From IMG/VR virus record IMGVR_UViG_3300029258_001230: 64,000 bases of DNA. One strand, given 5' to 3'. Made by a program: the position numbers and the translations under genes. This stretch comes from an uncultured virus (IMG/VR IMGVR_UViG_3300029258_001230). Its lineage: Duplodnaviria > Heunggongvirae > Uroviricota > Caudoviricetes. The notes beneath the pieces are model-generated. The model searched no databases, was not told where the DNA came from, and was given only the letters and a program-made list of their open reading frames with translations. Each line of letters opens with the position of its first letter. Position 1 is the first letter of the stretch. This document shows, in pieces, positions 24,036 through 33,819 of this stretch.

Positions 24036-26576
24036 ATGGGAAAGAAATTCAGAAATAGCGAAATGACTGTTGTAGGCAAAAGAAGAGATAAGAACGGAAA
24101 CAGAACAATTAGATTAGGTTTTCCTGATGGAAAAGGGTTCAGTATTCAGACAAACGGAAACTTACCAGAAACGCATTCTATTTTTAGTAGAGTTAAAAGA
24201 GTAGACATGTTAACTGGAGAAGAGTTAGATGTAATTGAAAAGGAGGTTATTAGGTATGTAGAAGCTTTTGGAACTAAAAGACAGAAGGATTTAGTAGGAG
24301 TGGAGAAAAAAGCCAAAGGCGGTAAAACTCGTTCAACACACGCTATTAATCAAGACCGTAAAAGACTAAGCCAAGAGCCTTGGGAGCAAGCGTACAAGAA
24401 AAAAAGAAAAGGAGACTATTATGAGCCTGAAAAGAAAGAAGAAGGTGGTTCAATCAAGATGAATAATTTAGATTGGGGTAAAACAACTACTGAAAGAAAT
24501 AGTAATTTAGATTATTACAACTCCCTTGAAACTATAAAGGAAAAAGAGGATTTTAAAAGAAAGCTAAAGTCAAAAAATGAATCAGTTTTAAAAATAGGAG
24601 ATACGGTTAAGTATCCCGATGCTGAATATACAGGAGAGATTATTGAGTTAAAACCATCAACGGCTATTAAGGGAGAGGTAGAAGTAACAGTTTTATATAG
24701 AGATGGCAAGATGGTAAAAGACCTTGGTAGCTCGTTTGTGAAGACTAAAGCTAAAGATATAAGCTCAATAAATCCTAAGAGTTTTACGCTAAATGATATT
24801 ATTAATACAGTTAGTGATGTGGATGTTACAATGATCCGAAAAGGAACTTCTTTAGACAGTGCTGACAAAAGAGATATTTCATGGAGATTAGGAGATGGCT
24901 CTAAAAAGTATAGAGAGTGGTTTTCTAAAGAGTGGACTATTTCTGACTATGCTATAATTGAAGCGTCAAAAGGATCAGAGAATTTATATGCTGACATAGT
25001 TGTTTATTTTAACAATGAAGAGGATGGGGATATTTACCAAGCATATACAGTTAGTCTTTACTCTAAAAATAATGTTAAGGGGTTAAAATCTTTAATTTCC
25101 CACTTTGTTCAAAAAATGGAAAAAGGTGGTAAAACCCGTTCAACACACGCCATTAATCAAGATCGAAGAAGATTAAGTCAAGAGCCTTGGGAACAAGCGT
25201 ACAAGAAAAAAAGAAAAGGAGACTATTATGAGCCTGAAAAGAAAGAAAAAGGTGGTTCTTTGGGTGAGGATAATGGAAGAATATCAAAATCCGAAATCAA
25301 AAAACAAGGATATACAACTACCTATGATGTTTTAGGAGAAGATATTATTGGTAAAGAGGTTACAGTAAGTCATAGAAAAGAAAAAGGAATTGTAGACGGG
25401 TTTAAAGATTTAGGCGATTCTAACTATGAGGTTCTTATTTGGTATCCAGAATTAGGATTTTCGGAAGCGGTTAATACAAAATTTATTGATGTTAGATTTG
25501 TAGAGGAGTTTAAGGATGGCGGTTCTGTTTTTGTTGATTTGTTTGCTAAAGGTGGAGAAGTAAAAATGGTTGTTTTCCAAGTAAAAAAACCGAATGGCGA
25601 TTGGGAAGATAGAAAAGAATGGCAATCTAATGAGACTTATCAAAATGATTTAGAGCAAATGCAAAGAGAATACAAACAAGACCTACCCAATTTTAAAACA
25701 AGAGTTATTGAAAGAAGTTTTACCTTCGCTAAAGGTGGAGAGGTAGAAGGAGAATTAAAAGGCGAGATAATTAAAGAAGTAAACTCAAAGGTTTGGACTT
25801 TACAACTTTATGATGATAATGGCTATCATTCTTCAATTTACGCACCTAAAAAGTCTGACCTAACTCAATATATGAGAGAGCAAGGTATTAAAAAATACGC
25901 TAAAGGTGGAGAGGTAGACAATAGTTACCCTTCAATAGAAGTTGTAAAACACATTAAGTCTTTAGACTTGTCTGGATTGGAATCCATGAAGTCTGAGTTA
26001 GAAAAGGAAATGAGTAAAGGTCTTTTGAAAGGAAGAAAACACGATAGAGAGTTGTCTTTAATAAAAAGAGAAATCCGCAAAAGGAAGGGTGATTTGACTG
26101 ATGTTTTTGAAAGCGGAGGAGAGATAGAGTCTGCTTATGTTGATTACCTAAACGATATTGGTGATTCATACGACTACGAGAGTGATGAATGGATTATTGG
26201 TGGAGAAAATAGGGCTGATGAATATTGGGGCAGATATGGAGAAGCTTTAAGAGATCATGACCCAATAGGTTTTGAGGTTGGTAAAAACGAATTTGAAAGA
26301 GATGTTTTTGCTAAAGGAGGAAGCGCAAAAGGCTTGTCTCAAGAAGAGTTGGAACAAATAGCTAGTGATTTCGCTTATGTAACAGGAGGTGATGAAGAAA
26401 AGGCTATATATAGGCTTGTCGATCCTGATTACACGGATACTCTTCTTCCTAAATACAAAAAGGCTATTGAGGAGTGGGAACAAAAACATGGTGAGAAAGT
26501 TAGTGTATATAATAAGGGCGGTGTCATTAAATCAAAAGGATGGTTTAAGGGTTCATTATCATTCCTAAACTGGTAG
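24036..26576 (+). CDS. modular polyprotein with 11 xxxGG motifs and FLNW tag
   Basis: FAKGGEV twice, YAKGGEV, FESGGEI and others; ends KGWFKGSLSFLNW. Confidence 0.75.
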   Translation: MGKKFRNSEMTVVGKRRDKNGNRTIRLGFPDGKGFSIQTNGNLPETHSIFSRVKRVDMLTGEELDVIEKEVIRYVEAFGTKRQKDLVGVEKKAKGGKTRSTHAINQDRKRLSQEPWEQAYKKKRKGDYYEPEKKEEGGSIKMNNLDWGKTTTERNSNLDYYNSLETIKEKEDFKRKLKSKNESVLKIGDTVKYPDAEYTGEIIELKPSTAIKGEVEVTVLYRDGKMVKDLGSSFVKTKAKDISSINPKSFTLNDIINTVSDVDVTMIRKGTSLDSADKRDISWRLGDGSKKYREWFSKEWTISDYAIIEASKGSENLYADIVVYFNNEEDGDIYQAYTVSLYSKNNVKGLKSLISHFVQKMEKGGKTRSTHAINQDRRRLSQEPWEQAYKKKRKGDYYEPEKKEKGGSLGEDNGRISKSEIKKQGYTTTYDVLGEDIIGKEVTVSHRKEKGIVDGFKDLGDSNYEVLIWYPELGFSEAVNTKFIDVRFVEEFKDGGSVFVDLFAKGGEVKMVVFQVKKPNGDWEDRKEWQSNETYQNDLEQMQREYKQDLPNFKTRVIERSFTFAKGGEVEGELKGEIIKEVNSKVWTLQLYDDNGYHSSIYAPKKSDLTQYMREQGIKKYAKGGEVDNSYPSIEVVKHIKSLDLSGLESMKSELEKEMSKGLLKGRKHDRELSLIKREIRKRKGDLTDVFESGGEIESAYVDYLNDIGDSYDYESDEWIIGGENRADEYWGRYGEALRDHDPIGFEVGKNEFERDVFAKGGSAKGLSQEELEQIASDFAYVTGGDEEKAIYRLVDPDYTDTLLPKYKKAIEEWEQKHGEKVSVYNKGGVIKSKGWFKGSLSFLNW
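24315..25258 (+). repeat. Two copies of a ~137-bp intragenic repeat (24315-24451 and 25122-25258)
   Basis: KGGKTRSTHAINQDRxRLSQEPWEQAYKKKRKGDYYEPEKKExGGS occurs twice. Confidence 0.9.
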
Positions 26577-26580
26577 ATAT

Positions 26581-27033
26581 ATGGCAAAGAAAGTAAAAGA
26601 CCCTAACTTTGAAAAGTTAATTTCTGATATAGATATAGATGAAGCCCCCGTTGATTCGGGGGAGGATTCTGAGTTAGAGGGTCAAAAGGAATTGGAAAAC
26701 GAGGATTTTGAGGAAACGGAGTCTGAAAACGAAGAGGATGATAAGGTTGTTTCTGGCTATGAAGATTTTATCGCTCAAAACGAGATAGACGCTTCTTCTT
26801 TGCCGAAACATATTACTTCCTTAATTGATATTTACAATGAAGTTCAGTTAGAGGATAAAGAAAGTGAATCATTGGACGTTATAGACAAAAGGATAGTTTC
26901 CGAAATAAAGGATTGGAATAATTCAGATAATGAAGAAGAGCCTACTCAGGAAGAGTTAGAGAACGTAAACGATACCTTAGAATCAAAAGGCGGTTTGTTT
27001 GACGATGTTTTAGGTGGTGTTTTTAATTGGTAG
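26581..27033 (+). CDS. highly acidic protein with FNW tag
   Basis: E/D-rich; ends ESKGGLFDDVLGGVFNW. Confidence 0.75.
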   Translation: MAKKVKDPNFEKLISDIDIDEAPVDSGEDSELEGQKELENEDFEETESENEEDDKVVSGYEDFIAQNEIDASSLPKHITSLIDIYNEVQLEDKESESLDVIDKRIVSEIKDWNNSDNEEEPTQEELENVNDTLESKGGLFDDVLGGVFNW

Positions 27034-27036
27034 ATT

Positions 27037-27237
27037 ATGATAGGAGCAGTAACAGGATTAGTTAAGTCTAAAGAAGGAAAAATGTTTTTAGCCTTAGCAG
27101 GCGGCGTGGTGTTAGTTCTAACGGGAATCAACTACTACTACCAAATAAAAATGACAAAGCTTAGAATAGAAGATTTGAAGCAAGAGAATCAATTATTATC
27201 CAAGGAAAACGAATACTTGAAGGCTAGTGGCGTATAA
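27037..27237 (+). CDS. small membrane protein with coiled coil
   Basis: One predicted TM segment (MFLALAGGVVLVLTGINYYY). Confidence 0.7.
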   Translation: MIGAVTGLVKSKEGKMFLALAGGVVLVLTGINYYYQIKMTKLRIEDLKQENQLLSKENEYLKASGV

Positions 27238-27520
27238 GATTAAGAAATACACGAAAGATAAAGCGAAAAAGCTTGGTTTAATAGTCAAACCCTCTAATAA
27301 CAAAGGTAAAAAGATTGACGTTTTTAAACAGGGCAAAAAAGTAGCTTCCGTTGGTGCTATTGGCTACAATGATTATCCTACCTATTTAGAGTTAGAGGAA
27401 AAAGGAAAGGTGGAAAAGGGTACGGCAAAAAAGAGGCGTAAAATGTATAAGGCACGTCATCAAGACAACCGAACTAAAAAAGGAACTGACGGGTGGTATG
27501 CTGACCAACTTCTTTGGTAA
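27227..27520 (+). CDS. DUF5754-like basic protein
   Basis: KKIDVF...GAIGYNDYPTY...RRKMYKARH...GWYADQLLW. Confidence 0.65.
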   Translation: MAYKIKKYTKDKAKKLGLIVKPSNNKGKKIDVFKQGKKVASVGAIGYNDYPTYLELEEKGKVEKGTAKKRRKMYKARHQDNRTKKGTDGWYADQLLW

Positions 27521-27915
27521 TGGCTAAAGGAGAGGAAGAAGAACAAATATTACTTTGCGACTACATTAAGGAAAAATATCCTAATGTTATATTTAATTCC
27601 GATCATTCAGGAATAAGGACTTCAATAGGTTTAGCTAAAAGACTTTGTAAACTAAAATCAGAAAACAGTATTCCGGACTTAAATATAGACGAACCTAGAG
27701 GCGGTTGGTTTGGTTTAAAGATAGAATTGAAAGTTACGGGGAGGACAATTTTCAAGAAAGACGGGTTTTTAAGAAAATCACCCGATTTAGAGTCTCAATG
27801 GCGTATGCTAGTTCGCTTAGAATCTAATAATTATTGTGCAGGATTTGCTCAAGGACTGAATGAGGCAAAAGAAATAGTTGATTGGTATATGTCTTTACCA
27901 ATTACTCAGGTTTAA
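27520..27915 (+). CDS. VRR-NUC-like nuclease
   Basis: EEEEQ, SIPDLNI, GLKIELK, SQW. Confidence 0.75.
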   Translation: MAKGEEEEQILLCDYIKEKYPNVIFNSDHSGIRTSIGLAKRLCKLKSENSIPDLNIDEPRGGWFGLKIELKVTGRTIFKKDGFLRKSPDLESQWRMLVRLESNNYCAGFAQGLNEAKEIVDWYMSLPITQV

Positions 27916-28004
27916 TACATACACTTTTTTTTAGAATAAAAAAATATTTAATAGGGCAAAACTATTGCAAAATCGTTGCACCTTTGCATTAGATAAATAT
28001 TTAC

Positions 28005-28469
28005 ATGAGAAAAGAAGAAACCGAATTAATCACACTCATGGGTCGAATATCTAAGTTTATCAAGTGCCACGGCAAAGGTAGGCTTTATGAAATATTAGAC
28101 TCAGTAAACCCTTTAGCAAAGGTGGAAGACCCTTATAAGAAATTAATGGGTTTTATTCTCTCAAAATCTTGTGAAGTTTACGGGATTAAAGAAAAAGAAA
28201 TCAGTAAAAAGTCAGCAAACGGGGACTGTTCAGAGGCTAAGAAGTTGGCGATGTTCCTTATGTATGACAATGTACCAACGGTTTCTCAAAAGGATATTGC
28301 AAAGATGTTTGACTTATCCTCTCATACTTCTGTTTATATAGCGGTTAAAGAGTTTTCAAACCTTAACCCTAAAGTAAAGACGGACAGAGATAGGATTGAA
28401 AAGAAAGAGGCTTTAGAACGAGTAATAGATAAATACAAAGAATCAACCATAAATCAAGACTATGTTTAA
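28005..28469 (+). CDS. DnaA C-terminal-like HTH DNA-binding protein
   Basis: AKKLAMFL...SQKDIAKMFDLSSHTSVYIAVK. Confidence 0.65.
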   Translation: MRKEETELITLMGRISKFIKCHGKGRLYEILDSVNPLAKVEDPYKKLMGFILSKSCEVYGIKEKEISKKSANGDCSEAKKLAMFLMYDNVPTVSQKDIAKMFDLSSHTSVYIAVKEFSNLNPKVKTDRDRIEKKEALERVIDKYKESTINQDYV

Positions 28470-29694
28470 ATACGTTAAAAAAGGAGCTAGAAAGAAAATT
28501 GAAAAAGGGAAAATAAAGGATTTAGAGCTTTATTTGGAAAAGCATGGAGAATCCGCTTTAGACGATTTGGGCGTTAAAGACGGGGTTATTAAAAGTGAAT
28601 TAGAGCTTAATTCTATCCATAGCAAAATCAAAGAAGATGTAAGGCAATTAAGAATAGATACAGAATCAGAAAAAGCAACAGGGTCAGTAAGTGAACCAAC
28701 AACAGAAACAAAAAAAGACATGAAAGATAATAGTATTGTAGATCAAATAAGCGAGGAGATTCAAGCGGAAACAAAGCCAAAGGTGGATAGTGATATTCCG
28801 ACTTCATTTAGCCCTATTAATTCTCAACCATTGAAAGAGAGAAGTTATAACACAAAAGATGGAGGTGTAGACGTAGGAGAGATTCCAGAGCCTGAGTTTA
28901 AAGGAAAAGATTTTTCAGATATAGTTTCGGAAGAATCAGAAAGCGGTCAAGAATCGGGATCCAATGATAAACCTGACAGCCCATCAAATGAGTCCGAAGA
29001 AAAAGAAAACATAGCTGATAAGATTACAAACGAGGCTTTTAATGAGTTGCCTGATAAGGATAAAAAGATTGGGGCAAAACAACTTGTTAATACCGTGTTG
29101 GATGCTTATGAGATGTTACATGAGTTAGGTAAGAAGTTTGTTAAGTATCCAGAAGAAAAGTTGCAGGACAAAATAATCAAGGGGGAGATTGATCCTACAA
29201 TGGAAATTCCAATTGATGAAAGAGGTAATAGTACCAATGTAGTTGAGTTTTTCCAAGATTTTAATGAAAGTGCGAGCGAGGCTATTTCTTATGACCCTGA
29301 ATTTGGAGAAAAAGTTCGTCCAGCAATGGAGCGAGTTTTTATGAAAAAAGGGTGGGGAATGACTGACGAACAATATTTACTTACCGAGTTTGGTAAGGAT
29401 GTTGCATGGAAAGGTCTTCAAGTTTATAACCTAAAGAAAACGTCAAACTCAATGATGAATACTTTTGTAACTCTGCAAAGAGAGAAAATAAAGGCTATTA
29501 GAGAGGCTAATCAAGGTGTTAATATGTCTGAGTCAGTTTCTCCTGATTCTATTAGACAAGAGCCAAGAACAGAGCGTACAGAGCCAAGAAGAGAACAGGT
29601 AGAGCCAATAAGACAAGAAGATGTTCATAGTGAAGATGATTTACAAGATGATACAACTGATATTGTAGAGGAAATAACTAATTCAGACGATTAA
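28462..29694 (+). CDS. acidic hypothetical protein upstream of the packaging ATPase
   Basis: 410 aa; adjacent to the ATPase. Confidence 0.75.
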   Translation: MFKYVKKGARKKIEKGKIKDLELYLEKHGESALDDLGVKDGVIKSELELNSIHSKIKEDVRQLRIDTESEKATGSVSEPTTETKKDMKDNSIVDQISEEIQAETKPKVDSDIPTSFSPINSQPLKERSYNTKDGGVDVGEIPEPEFKGKDFSDIVSEESESGQESGSNDKPDSPSNESEEKENIADKITNEAFNELPDKDKKIGAKQLVNTVLDAYEMLHELGKKFVKYPEEKLQDKIIKGEIDPTMEIPIDERGNSTNVVEFFQDFNESASEAISYDPEFGEKVRPAMERVFMKKGWGMTDEQYLLTEFGKDVAWKGLQVYNLKKTSNSMMNTFVTLQREKIKAIREANQGVNMSESVSPDSIRQEPRTERTEPRREQVEPIRQEDVHSEDDLQDDTTDIVEEITNSDD

Positions 29695-29696
29695 TT

Positions 29697-30560
29697 ATGA
29701 GAGAAGCATTATTAGGAATTGCAGTAGGCAGAAAAGGGGTAGGTAAGACTTACGCTACCCTTCAAGATATTCAAGGATATTTAAAGGGAAATCCAAGCAC
29801 AGGTGTGAAGCCTAGAAAAGTGTTAATACTAGATGTTAATAATGAGTTTGGAAATGTTAGAGAAGATCAGAACCCCGAATTTGAGCATATAAAAGCTATT
29901 AAGCTTGATGACGTTCCTAAATTCACCATGTCTAAGAAAGTAGAGGCTAGACGAGTATCCGTTCTTAAACCAGAGGGCGGGAAAATGAATATGCGTGAAT
30001 TAGCAGGGGCTTTAGAGTTTATTTTAGAGAATTACGAGAATGGGTTGTTGTTAGTGGAGGATTTAACTAGATTTGTTTCTGATTCACTTCCAAATGACTT
30101 AATTGGTGCAATTTGTACTCAAAGACACGTATCAGTTGATGTTATTATCCATTTTCAAACTATCGGAAAAGCAGCTAATCCTAAGTTGTGGGGTAATTGT
30201 AATTGGTTAAGATTCCATAAATGCGATGACAACGTAGAGAGACATAAAAATAAATTTGGAGGAGATATTGAACATCTTAAAATACTTGAAAAATTAGTTG
30301 AGATACAATATAGGCAAGGCGATAAACGTTTTTATGCTTACTTGAACAAGGATGAGCATAAGATTCAGGGTAATTTCGATAAGAAAGACTTGATGTATGC
30401 GGTCTATCAGTATTTGGAAGATAATTACAATACAGTAATGAAACCAAAGCTAAATAAGAAGGATTTAATAACAGGCAAACCCGTTTATGATAATCACGAA
30501 GAATTAGCAAAAAAACTGATTAAGGAATTAACTTTAAAATACTACGGTAATCCTTTCTAA
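29697..30560 (+). CDS. genome-packaging ATPase, FtsK/HerA superfamily (A32/P9-like)
   Basis: Walker A GRKGVGKT, Walker B LLLVED, arginine-finger/sensor QRHVSVDVIIHFQ; stand-alone 287 aa with no nuclease domain. Confidence 0.8.
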   Translation: MREALLGIAVGRKGVGKTYATLQDIQGYLKGNPSTGVKPRKVLILDVNNEFGNVREDQNPEFEHIKAIKLDDVPKFTMSKKVEARRVSVLKPEGGKMNMRELAGALEFILENYENGLLLVEDLTRFVSDSLPNDLIGAICTQRHVSVDVIIHFQTIGKAANPKLWGNCNWLRFHKCDDNVERHKNKFGGDIEHLKILEKLVEIQYRQGDKRFYAYLNKDEHKIQGNFDKKDLMYAVYQYLEDNYNTVMKPKLNKKDLITGKPVYDNHEELAKKLIKELTLKYYGNPF

Positions 30561-30604
30561 AAAAGTCTTTATCTTTGTAGCTAGTATAAGGTAAGGTTTA
30601 TAAG

Positions 30605-31708
30605 ATGGATAGAGGGTTAACAGAGCAAGATTTAAGGTTTTATTTAGAGAAGGAGCAGAACTACGCTTATACTCCTTCTTCTAATTTGCCTAATTTAAAG
30701 CGGAATAGAATTGCTTTCGATATTTACAACCCTACTTTGTTCACTCAGGAAATACCTCTGTTTTCTAGCCCTTTCGGGTCTAATGAACAACAAGGTATTT
30801 CTTATGGCGACTTACTACTATCTTTTTATTCATCTATTGAAATAAGTGCGAGTGTTGTAGATAAAAAGACAGTTAGGGTTGAGTATTTACACGAAAATGG
30901 AATAACTTACACAACAACACCTCAGACAGTGAATGATATAGATGAATTTATAACTTACTTAGAAGATCAACTTAAAAACAATTTTAATTATATTCAAGTT
31001 GGTACAGAAGACTTTATAGTCTATAAGGAGAAAAATGACACTTATTTTAATTTCAGTCCTTCACCGAATGGTAACCTTATACCTACATATTCATCCAATA
31101 ATTTAATTAACCTTCAAGTTGGAAACCCCGTTAACCAAACTATATTATGGAATACTTTTCAAGTACAGTCATCATCTGGAATACAAATATCTGATTTAAT
31201 AGGCGATTTAACATACGCAGAATTAGTATCCGAATTAAATGAGTCTATAACTCCTTATATGTTTGATTTTATCTCTGTATATGCTGATAATGTTACACAA
31301 GTAAACAAACCGATAAAGTTAAAGATAGGTTCTAGTTCGGGATATAAAACAGTTGATATAAGAAAACCTGCTATTCCTTCTACTGATAGTTCTAATGTAG
31401 TTTTGAATATACCATTAAACTATTGTCCAAACCCTAATTCAGATTTAATATATACCGTTGGGTCAGGTGAAACAGTAAGAATGGTAATAAATTATAAGCA
31501 AGGAGATGTTTATCGTTATGCTAATAAGATTCAGTCAGAAATGAATAAGGGACTGACGTTTAAACAAGCAACTAATAAAACAAGGGTTAGTTTCGATCAG
31601 TCTGATTTAAAGTATATTCAAGGGTTAGATCTTTCAAAATGGAACTTTGACACCGAAGTGCCAGAGTCCCAAATTAAAAAGTTGGTAAAAAGGTATGTTA
31701 AAAGTTGA
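30605..31708 (+). CDS. paralog of the major capsid candidate with a large insertion (second or minor capsid protein)
   Basis: DLTYAELVSEL...PYMFDFISVYADNVTQVNKPIKL aligns with DVTYTEFLESI...PFKVGYMYLESSNTAQPFKQLTV of 34913. Confidence 0.6.
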   Translation: MDRGLTEQDLRFYLEKEQNYAYTPSSNLPNLKRNRIAFDIYNPTLFTQEIPLFSSPFGSNEQQGISYGDLLLSFYSSIEISASVVDKKTVRVEYLHENGITYTTTPQTVNDIDEFITYLEDQLKNNFNYIQVGTEDFIVYKEKNDTYFNFSPSPNGNLIPTYSSNNLINLQVGNPVNQTILWNTFQVQSSSGIQISDLIGDLTYAELVSELNESITPYMFDFISVYADNVTQVNKPIKLKIGSSSGYKTVDIRKPAIPSTDSSNVVLNIPLNYCPNPNSDLIYTVGSGETVRMVINYKQGDVYRYANKIQSEMNKGLTFKQATNKTRVSFDQSDLKYIQGLDLSKWNFDTEVPESQIKKLVKRYVKS

Positions 31709-32291
31709 CTTGGCTTTTGTCCATTATCCCATCCCATACACTTCTAGCGTATTCTTCATTAATACCTTTTAAAAGTTCTGGAGACAATCTATTTATTTTA
31801 CCCCAAACTTCATCAAATGAATTTAAAAAGTCAGGAAAAACAATAGTTTCATTGGGTGTGTGATTCATGTTCATATTATACATGAAATTACCATAAGCTT
31901 GCCGTAGTTCAGTTGGGTTTTTAGCTTGGGCTAATTGGGAAACCCTTTGCCTGCTTTTATAAACAGATGAAAAGTTCCTTATACAAACCAAGAATTGAAG
32001 GTCATCCCGAACCTCTAGCCATGTGCTTAAAACTTCTCCGTAGAAAAACTTAGGATCTTTTATGACAGGGTAGTTGATTTTTTTAATTGCCTTTTTTTGT
32101 TCCTTTATAGAGTTAAAGTCAGGGTCGTTACCTATCCATATAGAACCATTTACTTTCGATACATCCGAAGGCTCTAGTCCTGCATTGAATTTATTAATCC
32201 AATTACTTTGATATTCGATAAGACCTAGCTCATTTAACCATTTGGTTATTGCGCTTGTTCCAGACCTTCCCGTTCCTGTAATTACTAACAT
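31698..32291 (-). CDS. sulfotransferase-family protein
   Basis: ITGTGRSGTS PAPS-binding loop, IKDP, CIRN. Confidence 0.75.
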   Translation of the reverse strand: MLVITGTGRSGTSAITKWLNELGLIEYQSNWINKFNAGLEPSDVSKVNGSIWIGNDPDFNSIKEQKKAIKKINYPVIKDPKFFYGEVLSTWLEVRDDLQFLVCIRNFSSVYKSRQRVSQLAQAKNPTELRQAYGNFMYNMNMNHTPNETIVFPDFLNSFDEVWGKINRLSPELLKGINEEYARSVWDGIMDKSQVNF

Positions 32292-32293
32292 AT

Positions 32294-32539
32294 TTATTGT
32301 TCTTTTCTTTCTATTTCTTGAATTTCCCTTCCTAGAAAGGGTTTGTCTTTTCGGATATTATCAAGTACTTGAAGAACGTGGTCAATTTCTGTATAGATTT
32401 CATTATATTTCAAACAAGCTTCAACGTTGACTTTACCGAATTTATCTACCTTATTAGAATCCCAATAAGAAAGCTTCTTTTTTAGTTCTTGTAATTGTGC
32501 TTTGTACTTTTTGTTAAGATGCTTTTTATTGTACCTCAT
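32294..32539 (-). CDS. hypothetical protein
   Basis: Minus-strand operon member. Confidence 0.65.
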   Translation of the reverse strand: MRYNKKHLNKKYKAQLQELKKKLSYWDSNKVDKFGKVNVEACLKYNEIYTEIDHVLQVLDNIRKDKPFLGREIQEIERKEQ

Positions 32540-32542
32540 AAG

Positions 32543-33397
32543 TTAAGGAATAACAGTTGCTAAATGTAAATTATCTTTAAACTTATCTTGGTTTCTCATT
32601 ACTTCCTTAGATATGTTGTTTAGTCGCTTGTCTAAAGCAGTGTAGAACATCCATGTTTTTTCCTTGTCGTGTTTATTCTTTTCATACTCCCCTATTAAGA
32701 ACATCATTTTTGGATCAACACCTAAATCAATTATTTCTTTCGCACGGTCAAGCATTTCAGGAAGCCTTCTTTCCGCATCCTTCATATCTTTTTCGTACTT
32801 AGGTAAGAATTGATTGTTGTAGTAATCCAACCTTTCTTCTAGTCTCTTTTCAAGAGTAACAATATGAAGGTTTGTATCAAATAATTCTTTCTTTAGCTTG
32901 GCATCTGTGTAAGGGTCGTTTTCTTCCTTAATTTTGTCCTGTAGCGATTTTGATAGCTCTTTTAGGTTTTTAAGATACTCGTTAGTCAACTTATTGACTT
33001 CAATTAATTCTACATTATCAGGTTTCTTTTCAGTTGAAGCAAAAAACGAGTTTTCAGATAACTCTTTCATTTTAGCCTCTAAATCATCAAACTGAATGTT
33101 TTTCTTTTCTTCATCCGTTGCAATCTTTTCGATTGATGGTATGATGTGGTGTTTAACCTCTCTCTTTGTTAATTTCCACGATGCTGAATAATGTCTTAAA
33201 GGGATTTCTGCTTCGTGCTTTTCTTTTTCAGCTAAAGCCCTTTCCATTTTTGAGTATCTTTTTTTGTTTGAAATCACTTTATCACACTCGTTAATAAAGT
33301 TAGAATACATTTGTATTCCTTTCTCCCAAATAGTTAGTAAGTTTTCAGCACTGTTCTTTCTGTAAAGTAGTTTTTCTAATTCCGTTAATTCTTGCAT
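32543..33397 (-). CDS. coiled-coil hypothetical protein
   Basis: 284 aa, helical and K/E-rich. Confidence 0.75.
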   Translation of the reverse strand: MQELTELEKLLYRKNSAENLLTIWEKGIQMYSNFINECDKVISNKKRYSKMERALAEKEKHEAEIPLRHYSASWKLTKREVKHHIIPSIEKIATDEEKKNIQFDDLEAKMKELSENSFFASTEKKPDNVELIEVNKLTNEYLKNLKELSKSLQDKIKEENDPYTDAKLKKELFDTNLHIVTLEKRLEERLDYYNNQFLPKYEKDMKDAERRLPEMLDRAKEIIDLGVDPKMMFLIGEYEKNKHDKEKTWMFYTALDKRLNNISKEVMRNQDKFKDNLHLATVIP

Positions 33398-33400
33398 AGT

Positions 33401-33577
33401 TTAATTGTTTAAATTGTTATTAATAAGATTGATTGAGTCTCTTTTTAACTCCATTTCAATTTGTTTTGTTTTTTCTCTTTCAGTTTCAACGTCATATTCC
33501 TTCAACTGTACTACTGTTAAAAGAATTGTTGTACCTATTATTAAGGTGGCAACGACAAGTCCTTCTATTCTATCCAT
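33401..33577 (-). CDS. small membrane protein (not in ORF track)
   Basis: MDRIEGLVVATLIIGTTILLTVVQLKEY..., 58 aa, fills the operon gap. Confidence 0.6.
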   Translation of the reverse strand: MDRIEGLVVATLIIGTTILLTVVQLKEYDVETEREKTKQIEMELKRDSINLINNNLNN

Positions 33578-33591
33578 TTTAATCTGTTTTT

Positions 33592-33804
33592 TTATTCAAC
33601 ACCAATTTGAGTATTTGCCCTCTTCCTAACAGAAACGATTATATATCTCCCATTTTCTGAATATTTACAATCCACATAACGTTCATGTCTAATAAGAAAA
33701 TTAATAAATGAGTCGCCACCTCTTAAAGAGTCTCTAATCATTCTGTTTGCTACTATGTGTGGTGTTTTAGTGCATAGACTCTGCAACTCTTTTTCTTCAT
33801 TCAT
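33592..33804 (-). CDS. hypothetical protein
   Basis: Minus-strand operon member. Confidence 0.6.
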   Translation of the reverse strand: MNEEKELQSLCTKTPHIVANRMIRDSLRGGDSFINFLIRHERYVDCKYSENGRYIIVSVRKRANTQIGVE

Positions 33805-33819
33805 TTTTTAATAGTTTAA

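Noticed and set aside
24315..25258. 137-bp repeat pair as a diversity-generating retroelement TR/VR
   Set aside because: Differences are mostly synonymous and not adenine-specific, both copies are in frame in one gene, and no reverse transcriptase is present
15752..26489. Minus-strand ORFs within the large genes (e.g. 20657-21331, 24515-24868)
   Set aside because: Ser/Leu/Phe-rich antisense shadows of Lys/Glu-rich plus-strand genes
29697..30560. Terminase large subunit
   Set aside because: Too short, no C-terminal RNase H-like nuclease domain, and the motifs fit the FtsK/HerA family
33405..33629. Plus-strand ORF 33405-33629
   Set aside because: Antisense shadow of the minus-strand operon; the better ORF is 33401-33577 on the minus strand
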